44,370 nucleotides of DNA from Octopus bimaculoides. Its lineage: Eukaryota. This document shows positions 1 through 10,966 of this stretch, one piece after another. The first letter of the stretch is position 1. The number at the start of each line of letters is the position of its first letter. The notes below the pieces were generated by a model that made no database searches, was not told the DNA's origin, and was given only the letters and a program-made list of their open reading frames with translations. The translations under genes were made by a program, and so were the position numbers. The DNA is taken from positions 48,144,512-48,188,881 of the forward strand of contig NC_068985.1 of the NCBI RefSeq assembly GCF_001194135.2. Direction: 5' to 3'.

Positions 1-190
1 TATATATATATACATATACATATACATATATATATGTATGTATGTATGTATGTGTATATACATACACACACATACGCACATCTGCATATGTGTATGTATA
101 TAATATATGTATATATATATAAACTCACCTGTATATGTGTATATATGTTATACACACACACACACTCACACATACACACATACACGCACA
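1..190. repeat. Compound TA/TATG/CA microsatellite
   Basis: Alternating purine-pyrimidine runs read directly from the sequence. Confidence 0.95.
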
Positions 191-479
191 CATCCTTATA
201 CTAACGTGTTGCTTTTTTATCACCTGGTTTCGCTTCAGTGGTGTTTACTCGTTCGCTAAAGTAAGTTGTTTGATAATTCAAATTACTCGAAATAAATCCA
301 CAATGATAATAAAATCACACAATCATTATCGCGTTCTTCGCCACCATCACAAAACAAGTAGCCTATACAATAACAATGTTGAACTCTTGTTATGTGTGTA
401 CGTGTTTGTTTTAGCTTGCATCAATAGTTTTCAATTAGAACTTCTGAAGGAAATCTATAAAGACTGAGGTCTTCAACAT

Positions 480-498
480 CTTTATTATTATTATTATG

Positions 499-551
<53 letters not shown>

Positions 552-615
552 GGTTGTAGTCGCTTCTGGATTTGTTGTCATCGCTATTATAATTATCAAT
601 CTTATATTGTTTATT

Positions 616-659
<44 letters not shown>

Positions 660-791
660 TATCACCATTGTCATCGTCATCGTCATCGTCATCATCATCT
701 TCATCATTATTATTCTTAATGTTATTATCATGATTATTATTATTTTTATTTTTATTTTTATTATTATTATTATCATTATTATTATTATTAG

Positions 792-823
<32 letters not shown>

Positions 824-842
824 TTTTTATTATTATAATTAT
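480..842. repeat. (ATT)n/(ATC)n trinucleotide tract running into a gap
   Basis: Direct; explains the poly-I and poly-N/D ORFs in the track. Confidence 0.95.
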
Positions 843-1441
843 NNNNNNNNNNNNNNNNNNNNNNNNNNNNNNNNNNNNNNNNNNNNNNNNNNNNNNNNNN
901 NNNNNNNNNNNNNNNNNNNNNNNNNNNNNNNNNNNNNNNNNNNNNNNNNNNNNNNNNNNNNNNNNNNNNNNNNNNNNNNNNNNNNNNNNNNNNNNNNNNN
1001 NNNNNNNNNNNNNNNNNNNNNNNNNNNNNNNNNNNNNNNNNNNNNNNNNNNNNNNNNNNNNNNNNNNNNNNNNNNNNNNNNNNNNNNNNNNNNNNNNNNN
1101 NNNNNNNNNNNNNNNNNNNNNNNNNNNNNNNNNNNNNNNNNNNNNNNNNNNNNNNNNNNNNNNNNNNNNNNNNNNNNNNNNNNNNNNNNNNNNNNNNNNN
1201 NNNNNNNNNNNNNNNNNNNNNNNNNNNNNNNNNNNNNNNNNNNNNNNNNNNNNNNNNNNNNNNNNNNNNNNNNNNNNNNNNNNNNNNNNNNNNNNNNNNN
1301 NNNNNNNNNNNNNNNNNNNNNNNNNNNNNNNNNNNNNNNNNNNNNNNNNNNNNNNNNNNNNNNNNNNNNNNNNNATATATATAAATAGACAAAAGGATAA
1401 AGAGAACAATGGTAAAGTTAGAAATATATTTTATGGATAGA

Positions 1442-1490
1442 GTCTTACAGCTGTTTCAGGGAAAATCCAATCCATCCCTTCATCGGAGAC
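1442..1490 (-). ncRNA. Minimal type I hammerhead ribozyme motif (core variant CCGAUGA)
   Basis: Minus strand reads GTCT-CCGATGA-AGGGA(tggattggattt)TCCCT-GAA-AC(agct)GT-A-AGAC: 4-bp stem I, 5-bp stem II, palindromic short stem III, GUA cleavage triplet (predicted cut between 1446 and 1445). Confidence 0.7.
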
Positions 1491-1495
1491 AGAAA

Positions 1496-1546
1496 TAGTA
1501 GCAAAGGCGGATATAGCAAAGGTGTATATATCCGCCTTTGCTACTA
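1496..1546. repeat. Perfect 20-bp hairpin (11-nt loop) nested in the palindrome
   Basis: tagtagcaaaggcggatata (1496-1515) / tatatccgcctttgctacta (1527-1546). Confidence 0.95.
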
Positions 1547-1720
1547 CAATTATCTCCGGAAAATACCCACAAGGATTATTTACATGGATATTTACTACTG
1601 GAATGAAGCTACACTCAAAGTACTGTTTTTTCTGTCTTTTTTCAGCGCATCACACTCACTCTCACTTCCTACTATAACTCTCCGCTTATAGATATATTAA
1701 TCGATTCCTCTACTATTTCT

Positions 1721-1769
1721 GACTCCGATGAAGGGATGCATTGGATTTTCCCTGAAACAGCTGTAAGAC
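1721..1769 (+). ncRNA. Minimal type I hammerhead ribozyme motif (core variant CCGAUGA), one stem I mismatch
   Basis: GACT-CCGATGA(1725-1731)-AGGGA...TCCCT-GAA-AC(agct)GT-A(1765)-AGAC; A1722 opposite A1768 weakens stem I. Confidence 0.62.
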
Positions 1770-2976
1770 TCTATCCATAAATTATATTTCTAACTTTGCC
1801 ATTGTTCTCTTTATCGTTTTCTCTATTTATACATACATACGCTAATACACGACTTATAATCACCAATCCTGTTTATACAACGAATGGGGCATAACTAGCC
1901 GGTATACAGCACTTACTCGGTATTACCTGTATCTTTGGGTTTGGTTAAATCCAATACCCTTCTTAACCTTACATATATATATATATATATTATGGTGATA
2001 GGAGAACTGTAACTAAGCGTTGTTAGATATCCATAGACTAGTTCTTTATGAGTATTTATAACCCGGTTTCTTCACCAAAGACTAAAGACTAGTGCCTGCC
2101 TCGTCGATTGTTAGCGCTGAACTGCTATTGAATTAGCAAAACAGATAAACAAACACAAGTACGCTTAATATATATATTTATGTATATTTATGTATATTTA
2201 CAAAATACATAGTACAGAATAAAGCATCAAATTGAATTATAGTAGTTATCTAATACCTTAATCTTAACAGCTGTTTCAGGAACATCATGCCTTATGCCAG
2301 AACCATATACATATATTATAAAGACATACATATATTATAAAGACACATGGTGTCGTAAGTGTATGTATAACCTATCCTATGGATAGGTTAGGCGAAGCGA
2401 TTGCAACCTCATAAGAAGAAAATTGCAAATGCGTATTTCACAGCATGCTTTACAAATATAAATATTTACAGAGAACAGAGTGGAGTAGTAAGGAATGAAC
2501 AAGAGGGAAGTAAAGGAATGCGGGAGGGGGAGAGGGGGTTGATTAAAGGAGAATTCTACAATGATGCCATCAGTTGCTGGAAACCAGTGAAAGGTAGATA
2601 AATTGTGATTGGTGTGTGACTAAAGAGCAACAACGAGTTTCTACATTGTGTATGTTTTTTTTTTTGTTAGTGAAGAAAGAAGGTAATGCTCGTGAGTAAT
2701 TGCAAGCGCTCTGAGTCTGACGTGAGGTAGGAAGGAAATTGTCATCAAACCAGAGGCCTACACAGGATGCTTACAACGAAGAAGACTCCGATAAAGACAA
2801 TCAACGTGGCAGACGATGTTGTTAAAGAGGGAGTTAGACTGAGATTACTACTCCTATATTTATGTCAATCCATCGTCCTGGACTGGCACTTCTTTAACGA
2901 CACTGAAAAACTGAAAGTAAGAGTTTTTCTCGCCAACAATTGAGCTCAGAGCGCAAAACAAAGGGACAAATACCTT

Positions 2977-3057
2977 GAGGTACTATTCGACTAACAACTA
3001 TTCGAGGTATTATTCGACAAACAAATATTGGAGATTCAATTCGACTAAAAACTATGC
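2977..3057. repeat. 27-bp minisatellite, 3 diverged copies
   Basis: gaggtactattcgactaacaactattc / gaggtattattcgacaaacaaatattg / gagattcaattcgactaaaaactatgc. Confidence 0.9.
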
Positions 3058-3706
3058 CAATTTTTCACTTGTTTGTTTCATTTTCTTTCCTTCCGGATAT
3101 TTCTGTATTCTTAGCTGCAGCATGTTAATAGCTAATACTATGATCTGGTGTTTAATGAAGGGTTCTTTGTTTTAATGCGAATGGTGGATTGATATGAATC
3201 AATGGTACCAAAATATGTGAACGTCTCAATTGATTTCAGGATTCGTTTATTGATTTCAGTGATGTTTTTTTTATAACATTTTGTTAAACATATTCTCCCT
3301 TTGGTTGGGAAATATCCAGTCTTTGAAGTGCTGATGGTTAAGATCCTTAATGTTGACAGGCAGCCATAAATGTATTTATAGCTAATTACACATCAATTTT
3401 AAAAAGAGTCACTAAGGTGCAATCATGAGCAAAAAAGAAATCTGGTAAATTTGCCTGCTTAACTGCCGTGACTAAGTGTAATATTAAAGGGTTGTAAACT
3501 TATCGATCTGTTCCTTTGAATGCCTAAATCGTTATCTGAGAAATAATCAATGATTATAGAACTCAACAAGAGGTAGAACAATGTTGTAGCCAAGACCTGT
3601 TATACGCAGTAACATTCAAGGCGGAGAGAATCTATTTAATTCTGATTGGGTTTCCTATACCTACGTCTCTATCTATTTGCCTGTCTACCTATATATTCAT
3701 CTAGTA

Positions 3707-3709
<3 letters not shown>

Positions 3710-3749
<40 letters not shown>

Positions 3750-4378
3750 TGTGTGAGTCTGTGTGTCCGTGTGTATTGAAAGATAGAAACTTTGTTTACT
3801 TTCATCGTTATTTGAATATGTATGTATATATGTAAGTCTTTCTCTTTGACAGCCTCTCATTCTCTATTTCTAAGTATATATCTCTACCTATACATCAATC
3901 TATTTATCATTCTAATGAACTACCTATCTCCCTACATGTCTGTCTGCTATAAACTACATGCATGCAATTATTTACACATTTGGCTGGAATTTCTCTTTTC
4001 GTCATATATATATATATATANNNNNNNNNNNNNNNNNNNNNNNNNNNNNNNNNNNNNNNNNNNNNNNNNNNNNNNNNNNNNNNNNNNNNNNNNNNNNNNN
4101 NNNNNNNNNNNNNNNNNNNNNNNNNNNNNNNNNNNNNNNNNNNNNNNNNNNNNNNNNNNNNNNNNNNNNNNNNNNNNNNNNNNNNNNNNNNNNNNNNNNN
4201 NNNNNNNNNNNNNNNNNNNNNNNNNNNNNNNNNNNNNNNNNNNNNNNNNNNNNNNNNNNNNNNNNNNNNNNNNNNNNNNNNNNNNNNNNNNNNNNNNNNN
4301 NNNNNNNNNNNNNNNNNNNNNNNNNNNNNNNNNNNNNNNNNNNNNNNNNNNNNNNNNNNNNNNNNNNNNNNNNNNNNN

Positions 4379-4422
<44 letters not shown>
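3710..4422. repeat. (TA)/(GT) microsatellites (3710-3770 and 4003-4422 around a gap)
   Basis: Direct. Confidence 0.9.
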
Positions 4423-4424
<2 letters not shown>

Positions 4425-5223
4425 CATCTTTTGTTTACTGAAGCTATATTACTAACAGACCGTTTGACATCGTCACAGAATAATAGGGTGAAAGTGATTG
4501 GGTTGTAGCTATGTACCAAAACACTTCCATTCTTTGTAGAACAAAATGCTATAACGGAGTTATGAAATACAACGGTAAATGTCTATTTCAAATAACCATT
4601 ATGTCTCAAACACTGTTTAATTGTTTCAGCTTCACCACATGATTTCAGATCAACTCACTCGCTAAAGCACTATAGCAAGTAAAGGTTATTATGTATCTGA
4701 TAATATTTGATTTTACAATGACTAATGTGCAAAATATGACTCATTTAAGTTTTCAATTTTGACGATGTTTTGTATAGTTTCGACAGGTTTCTTCAAAGCG
4801 CCAGTTTATATGAAATGAACTAAAGCAATATTCACTTATTATATCTCAAAGTAACCAAAATCAAATTTACTGCGAGGCAGCATAAATATGTCTGGAATTT
4901 ATTAGGTTGTTGTGTCTTAGCCTATGGGCTATATTTTGAGTTTTCTTGGAGACATCTGACTGTATTAGAAACAGTTAACTTGCAACGTATTCTACATATG
5001 TATCTTCAAATAAAATACGATAAATTGTTTTTAAATAATTTCATTTGTCTTTGAACTCAACACTGTGTTTTTCACTTATTCTATAGATATTGAGGAAATG
5101 AAAACAAACTTTCTAGCAGTAAATGTTGATCTTAGACGGTAATTCGATACCATGGTATATAGTCTAAACACTTTAGTCTAACTTTGTTATATTTGTTGAC
5201 ATGGGCATGGCTTTATGTTTCAG

Positions 5224-5286
5224 AAGCTTGCTTAGCAGCTGCTCTATATCTCCATATCTGGTTCAATCGAAGTGCGCGCTACTTGG
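5224..5286 (+). CDS. Candidate 63-nt exon of an unidentified host gene (phase-1 frame ACLAAALYLHIWFNRSARYL; may be UTR)
   Basis: tttatgtttcag acceptor and TGG|gtaagt donor; 30/63 GC in an AT-rich background; no homology recognised. Confidence 0.35.
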
Positions 5287-5398
5287 GTAAGTGTCTTCTC
5301 TCATGACGACGAATTAAAGACGCGTGGATCAAATTTGGTAAACATAAAATAGTCGAGAATCCCATCTATCCTTAAATATGGCTTGTAGATTTGCACAG

Positions 5399-5469
5399 TC
5401 GACCGGTATAGCGTCCCGAGATGGCCCTTGGATGACTTTAGCGGAGTCTAATCTTTTTCAAGCATACAG
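5399..5469 (+). CDS. Candidate exon after a 112-nt intron (either terminal ..VDRYSVPRWPLDDFSGV* or start MTLAESNLFQAY)
   Basis: tttgcacag acceptor; CAG|gtttgc possible donor; GC- and CpG-rich; phase-compatible with 5224-5286. Confidence 0.28.
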
Positions 5470-7644
5470 GTTTGCCCTTTTCCAATCAACAAACTTTGTT
5501 TCCTCCTCCCACTAAACAATTATATAATGAAACACATATAGCTCATGTCTTTTCCATTACCATAGTTTAATATTATATTTCGAAATATTAGTAAATATTT
5601 AATGACTCATTAATAATTTTACAAATTTCAAAATCATAACTAGGTAAATAGTTGGCTAAAAGCGTAGTTTCTCCTAAGCAAATATATTTTTCTTTTGCTT
5701 GTGTTTATTTTTCTGTTCACAATATACTTTCTAGCTCTCATTTCAAGTGATATAAAATTGGCTTCAGGCCATCATCACTTAGTAAAACATTCTTTCAATA
5801 AGAAACGCCACGAACACTAACATTCGCTAAACATAAATTTGGAGCTACGCAGTTTATGTGAAAAGTGGTTTTTAATGGCAATTCTGTTGTCAAAGAATAA
5901 CTTTATTATATTATTTGATTTATTATTATATCAACTCTTATTTCAATCTTTATATTTCTGACCTACCACATTTACATTTTCTTTTCTCTAAAAATCTCTT
6001 GTTTCCACAAACATTTCTTTCCAATTCAGATACGTTCACAGCAATATTGCTTTACATATTTATCCATCGTCACTTCATAAATATTCCTGATTATAAAAAG
6101 GTTTTCGCCGCTGGCTATGTTTGGTGTTGAAATTTTGCTTTCAACAATAATATTTTCTTCAAATTGATAGATGTAAACGTGAATGAAATATTATAAATTA
6201 ACAAGTAAGGCTTGCAATATAAAATAGTAAATTAGCTACAGATACAAAACATGCTACAACTGAATACAATGCATTTTCCTTCTTAAAGAATTAAAGCTTA
6301 AATTTTGCAAAATATGCATAAAACTACAGCTTTGTAGAGAAATTATGTAAACAGGATCTCTTGAGATTTAGAAAGCGACTTCTACAATATTAATGACTGC
6401 TTATGTTGCACGCATTTGATCATGGCATTTGCAAACGTGTGAGAGTACTACATGGCTCAGCAGGTGGGGCCACCGCCTATATGTTGTGTACATCAGCCAC
6501 AGTGAATTATATAGATATTTTGCTCAGCCGAAATAATATATTAAAATAGCCCAACATGATTTTAAGAATGGTCGTTGCCAACCAGTACAGTGATTTTTAT
6601 TAACCAAAATATAAGTTGACCACAACACAATGGAAGTATATTTGATGTTGATAGAGGTAAGCTCGCTCACATATTACACCACTTGGTCACTTCTAGAATT
6701 TGCACTATCATCCATGCAGAGAAGCTACTTGGCAAAACAAGGCAACCGACTGTGACTAAATTAACAACTTTTCATTTGGTTACAAAAGTCTTAACGTATG
6801 ATCGAAACGCTTATCTAATTCTAGATGTGTTGTAAATTATATTTTACCACATTATAAATCTCCAAATGGACAATACCACAAACCCTTTGAAATCTATTAC
6901 AACCGATTGATTCTCGAATCTATTTACTTACGTTTCCCGTCTCCTTTTTGAAAATTCTGTTTTAAAACAATGTTTAGCTCGCAAATTATCCCCTTGCACA
7001 ATTCATAAATTTTTAACTACATACTTTTGTACTTTTGTCAACAATATTTTTTTCATATCTATGCATTTTTATCCTTATCAACTAATTTACACCCCTATTT
7101 TATTTTATTTTTCTGTATCTAAATTTTATAGTGTACTTAGCGTTGATTAATGGGATTCAATGAAATTTATCAGGTCGCAATAAAAATGTTTAGGATATTT
7201 CCTACGCTCCCGTGTTCTATTGATCACAATCGTCCGAAGAAGGGAAACAAGAAACTTGGTACAACGATTTCTAATGATTTCAGCTTCTAATGAATATAAT
7301 AAAATTACAATATCGAAGAAAACTATAGAATAGCGTTAATTAGGATTATTTGATTTACTCTTTGACAAGATTCACAAAGAATTCAGAATTCTCGTACATG
7401 CAGACATGTAAGAGAACAAAAAGTAAAAAACAAAAAAAAAAACATACGCGCTAATAGACAATATACCATTTGCCTTCAACGGTAGCATCGATACATTCCT
7501 CATATACATTATTTTATATGTTTATACAGTTATCAGAGAAATAGTGGATACATAGATATATGGTAATAAAGAAAATGGATATGAATCAATTTATGTATGC
7601 GGAATATCACATTATATCGCATTATTTCTGTTCCTGCTTGCTTG

Positions 7645-7683
<39 letters not shown>

Positions 7684-9087
7684 ATGTGTGNNNNNNNNNN
7701 ATGTATATATACGTATGTATATATATATGTATAAGCACGATTGTAAGTATATATGTTTGTGTATATGTCTGTCATTGCGTGCGCGAGCGTGTATGTGTGC
7801 AAAACACAATGAATAATTTAACTATCGTTCCCCTTAAAATATGTACATTAAATTTCAGTTCTAATCATTCCAAATCATTTATTATGTATAGGCTAGTGAT
7901 GTTTGAATTTTTATCTTCGGAAGCGAAAGTTTCCAAGATTGAAAGATACATTTTAAATTACAATGTTTCCGAGTGTGACCGAGTGATACCGAGTACTATC
8001 GTGTCATATTTCTTTATGTTCTGGCATGGAAACAGAATGATGTACACTATGTAATCTTCCTCCAGAAACGACTCAGTGCAATGTACGCAGGAGCGTACAA
8101 GGCCATTGTAAATTGATTATGTCTTGCCCGATTCACTATAATACTGATAATGTAAATTAATAACCATTAATTGACTTATTTACTGTAAGTATATTACATA
8201 TTATTATCGACAACATATTCACTATGATTGCTGCGTGTTTTCTTTTGAGTTGGTGAACTCACATATGTTGCTATGTTGATCCATGAACTGAAGTGTGATC
8301 GGTAAATTATATCCTATTACCAGTTCATTGCTTCATATATGTTCAATAGAGTTAATGGCCACTAGGTAAGTCAACTGGAAATACATCTGATAGTAGACAG
8401 GCAAATGCGTAAGATATAAAGATTCTATATAGAATGATGGTACGCTTATAATTAAATAATATTTCTTATCTTAATACAAATTATGGTAGCACCCAGTTTT
8501 GTATATGTGCTTCTTGCAACATAGACTTCAAGGTATATACCTCAGTCATTATTTAAAGTTATGACACCGCTCTGTATTTTTTCAAAATGACCTTGTATAA
8601 TTCTCCGCATTGAGAGGTCATATCTCCAGTACTAAGCAAATATAATTAGGATGTTGTAGGAAACATTCACCAGGCGGATTTTTCAAGCCGAGCCAACCGC
8701 CAAAATATCCAGGGATAGAACAAAAACGAGAGCATTAAATAATATCAACAATTTCAGTTAGTTAAGATTGAAAATCCAACCGAAAGTCCAATGACGCTTG
8801 TTTCTGATATGACCTGAGGAGGTGGTACCTGACACTCCCAGAACAGAAAAGACGGCGTAGATAATTGGATGGATCATCTATACATTTCTATTAATCTAAA
8901 CTCTGTCTTTATAAAACGCTGGTGAGGTTTATAAAACAAACACGCCAGAACTTGTAACCGTACTAGCAACATAAGAATAGTCAATGTAATGAATACCTTT
9001 TATGTAATTTAATTTCTATCTTTCTCTCACATATATTACTCTACCAGAATTAATTTTTAAAGCAATGATTCACAATATTGACCAGCA

Positions 9088-9846
9088 GTGTAATTTTCAT
9101 TATCATTTATTAACTGACTACATTAAGTATGGACTCGCCTTCAACTAAGTTATGATTTCATGCCAGCGTTTTCATCTTCAATTCTAATACCGCTAACACC
9201 AGCCAATTCTCCTCACATGCTTTTAACAGGAGCCGAACCGCACGTAGATTATACATTACCATATTAATAAGCGGTACTACAATAAATTTTCTTCCTTCTG
9301 AAATTAAGTGAAAAAAACAGACACAGCTCACTCACATGATATATATACTTTTAAGTTCAATGGACTTTAAAGACTGCGGTATCAATAACACACATCAATT
9401 GGGGAAATTATGTACCGTTGTAAAAAAATATATTTATGCTTCAGAGTTTACTACTTCACGTCAGCTCCTTACAATCTGTTGGTACCTCACTGAGCCGCAA
9501 AAAGAAACTCATTATTTTATGAGTAGCTGTTGAGCAATTTTATTTGTACGTCGACAAGATAAATTGGGATCATTCTGTGGTGTAGACATGTACTTTGTAA
9601 TTGGTGTGGCTATTTGGTAAAATATTTACATCCTAATCAAATGGTTCCCGATTCAGTTCCACTGCAAGGAAAATGGCCAAGTGTCTTTTACGAACCCCGC
9701 ACACACCAAACCCTTGTGAATAGATTTGTCACACTGAAAGTGAAGAAAGCCTGTCGTAAAATATACATATGTGTAATTTTAATTAATTATCATTTATTGA
9801 CTACATTATAATATGGACTGGCCCTCAAAGTTACGAATTTCATGCC
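9088..9846 (+). repeat. Diverged ~76-bp direct repeat pair (9088-9164 and 9771-9846)
   Basis: Both read gtgtaatttt..attatcatttatt..tgactacatta..tatggact.gcc.tcaa..agtta.gatttcatgcc. Confidence 0.8.
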
Positions 9847-9859
9847 CAGAAAAGGCAAA

Positions 9860-9970
9860 ATTTAGCTGCAATTTCTTGCACGCCCTGCTACCACGTAACA
9901 GGAATTTCGAGTCCTTTATCGAACATAGCTGTTACGTGATAGCAGGGCGTGCTAGAAATCGCAGCCAAAT
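9860..9970. repeat. 111-bp hairpin with 42-bp arms; probable MITE-like foldback
   Basis: 9860-9901 vs reverse complement of 9929-9970: 4 mismatches, 27-nt spacer. The arm motif gctagaaat.gc.gccaaat recurs near 34118-34140. Confidence 0.75.
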
Positions 9971-10419
9971 CTTTGGTGGTGAGACACGTTGAATGCACTC
10001 GAAAAGCTCTATGGAAAAAATTATTTTACACCGAGGTTACGAATGGATCTTTGACGAAATATTTACCGTATTTTTAAAGTCATTCTTACTTTAAAACATT
10101 TTTGAAATATGCAAAAAAAATTTTGTAGTGGTATTCCCTTGAAAATAATTTTTAAAAGAGCATTAAAATATTGTCTCCTTAAAGAAAGCTAAAATATAAA
10201 TGCTTACTGTACAAACAACTTACATTTTTCAAATCACATTCACTTAAAAATATTTCTAAATTATTAAAATATTGTGTTTAACAAAAGCGAAAATAGAAAC
10301 ATTTACTATAAAAAAAAAACAAATCGTGTTTTCGCGTTGTCAAGTCTCTGTGTCTAATCGAAAGCTAAGATTTTCTTCCCTTTCAGGGCTAAATTATTTT
10401 AGAAATTATTTTCACATTA

Positions 10420-10610
10420 TACACCGTTTTGGGTATTGATACCCAGAAACCAACTATATCTCAAAAACCGCTTGTTCGATTTGAGCCAAACTTGTTTTAT
10501 TCAAGTCGTATTAACATTTCAGGATTGAGATAACTCCTCCTGAAGATATAGAGTCAAAAGTAAAAGAAGAGTGCCTTTATTATTAGGAGGAGTTACCTCA
10601 ATCCTTTCTA
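10420..10610. mobile_element. Probable non-autonomous DNA-transposon remnant with a 21-bp inverted repeat
   Basis: aggattgagataactcctcct (10521-10541) vs aggaggagttacctcaatcct (10585-10605), 1 mismatch; near-palindrome gggtattgataccc close to 10431; class assignment is inference. Confidence 0.35.
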
Positions 10611-10726
10611 TATTAACCAAAATGAAGTAGATTGACAAATTTATTTTTTGAACTAGTTGAAGATACACAAGATGTCGAAATATCGTTCACTAGATAACAA
10701 GGGCACTTTTCTTTTAATTTTGACCC

Positions 10727-10823
10727 TATTATTATTATTATTATTATTCATATCAGTGCCTGGAATCGAACTCAGAATCTTGAGGTTAGTAGCCCGCGCT
10801 TTTAATCACTACGCCATATGCCC
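10727..10823 (-). mobile_element. tRNA-derived SINE head followed directly by an (AAT)n tail
   Basis: Minus strand GGGCATATGGCGTAGTGATTAAAAGCGC...GAGTTCGATTCCAGGCACTGA-(AAT)n; A-box and B-box recognisable. Confidence 0.8.
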
Positions 10824-10966
10824 ATCCCACAGAAAGTAACATTTGTGGAAGTGCTTCTGTGTTATTACCTTTTCTCAGCACAGTGTGGCTGCTTGGCTAC
10901 ACGGCGCTGCTGAATTCCCTTTCGAAAATATATAATATTCAAAGTGACTCACAATAACTACTTTCT

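Larger units (their letters stand above)
1380..1831. mobile_element. Palindromic element with 122-bp inverted arms; probable inverted pseudo-LTR pair of a Penelope-like element (PLE)
   Basis: 1380-1501 is the reverse complement of 1710-1831 with 6 mismatches. Each arm holds a hammerhead-type motif. Inverted pLTRs carrying minimal hammerheads are an established PLE hallmark. Confidence 0.7.

Noticed and set aside
414-467. Possible terminal exon ttttag|..CINSFQLELLKEIYKD*
   Set aside because: Single acceptor with no partner or recognisable homology, wedged between microsatellites
2977-3057. CRISPR-like array
   Set aside because: The units are contiguous with no unique spacers, the context is eukaryotic, and there are no cas genes
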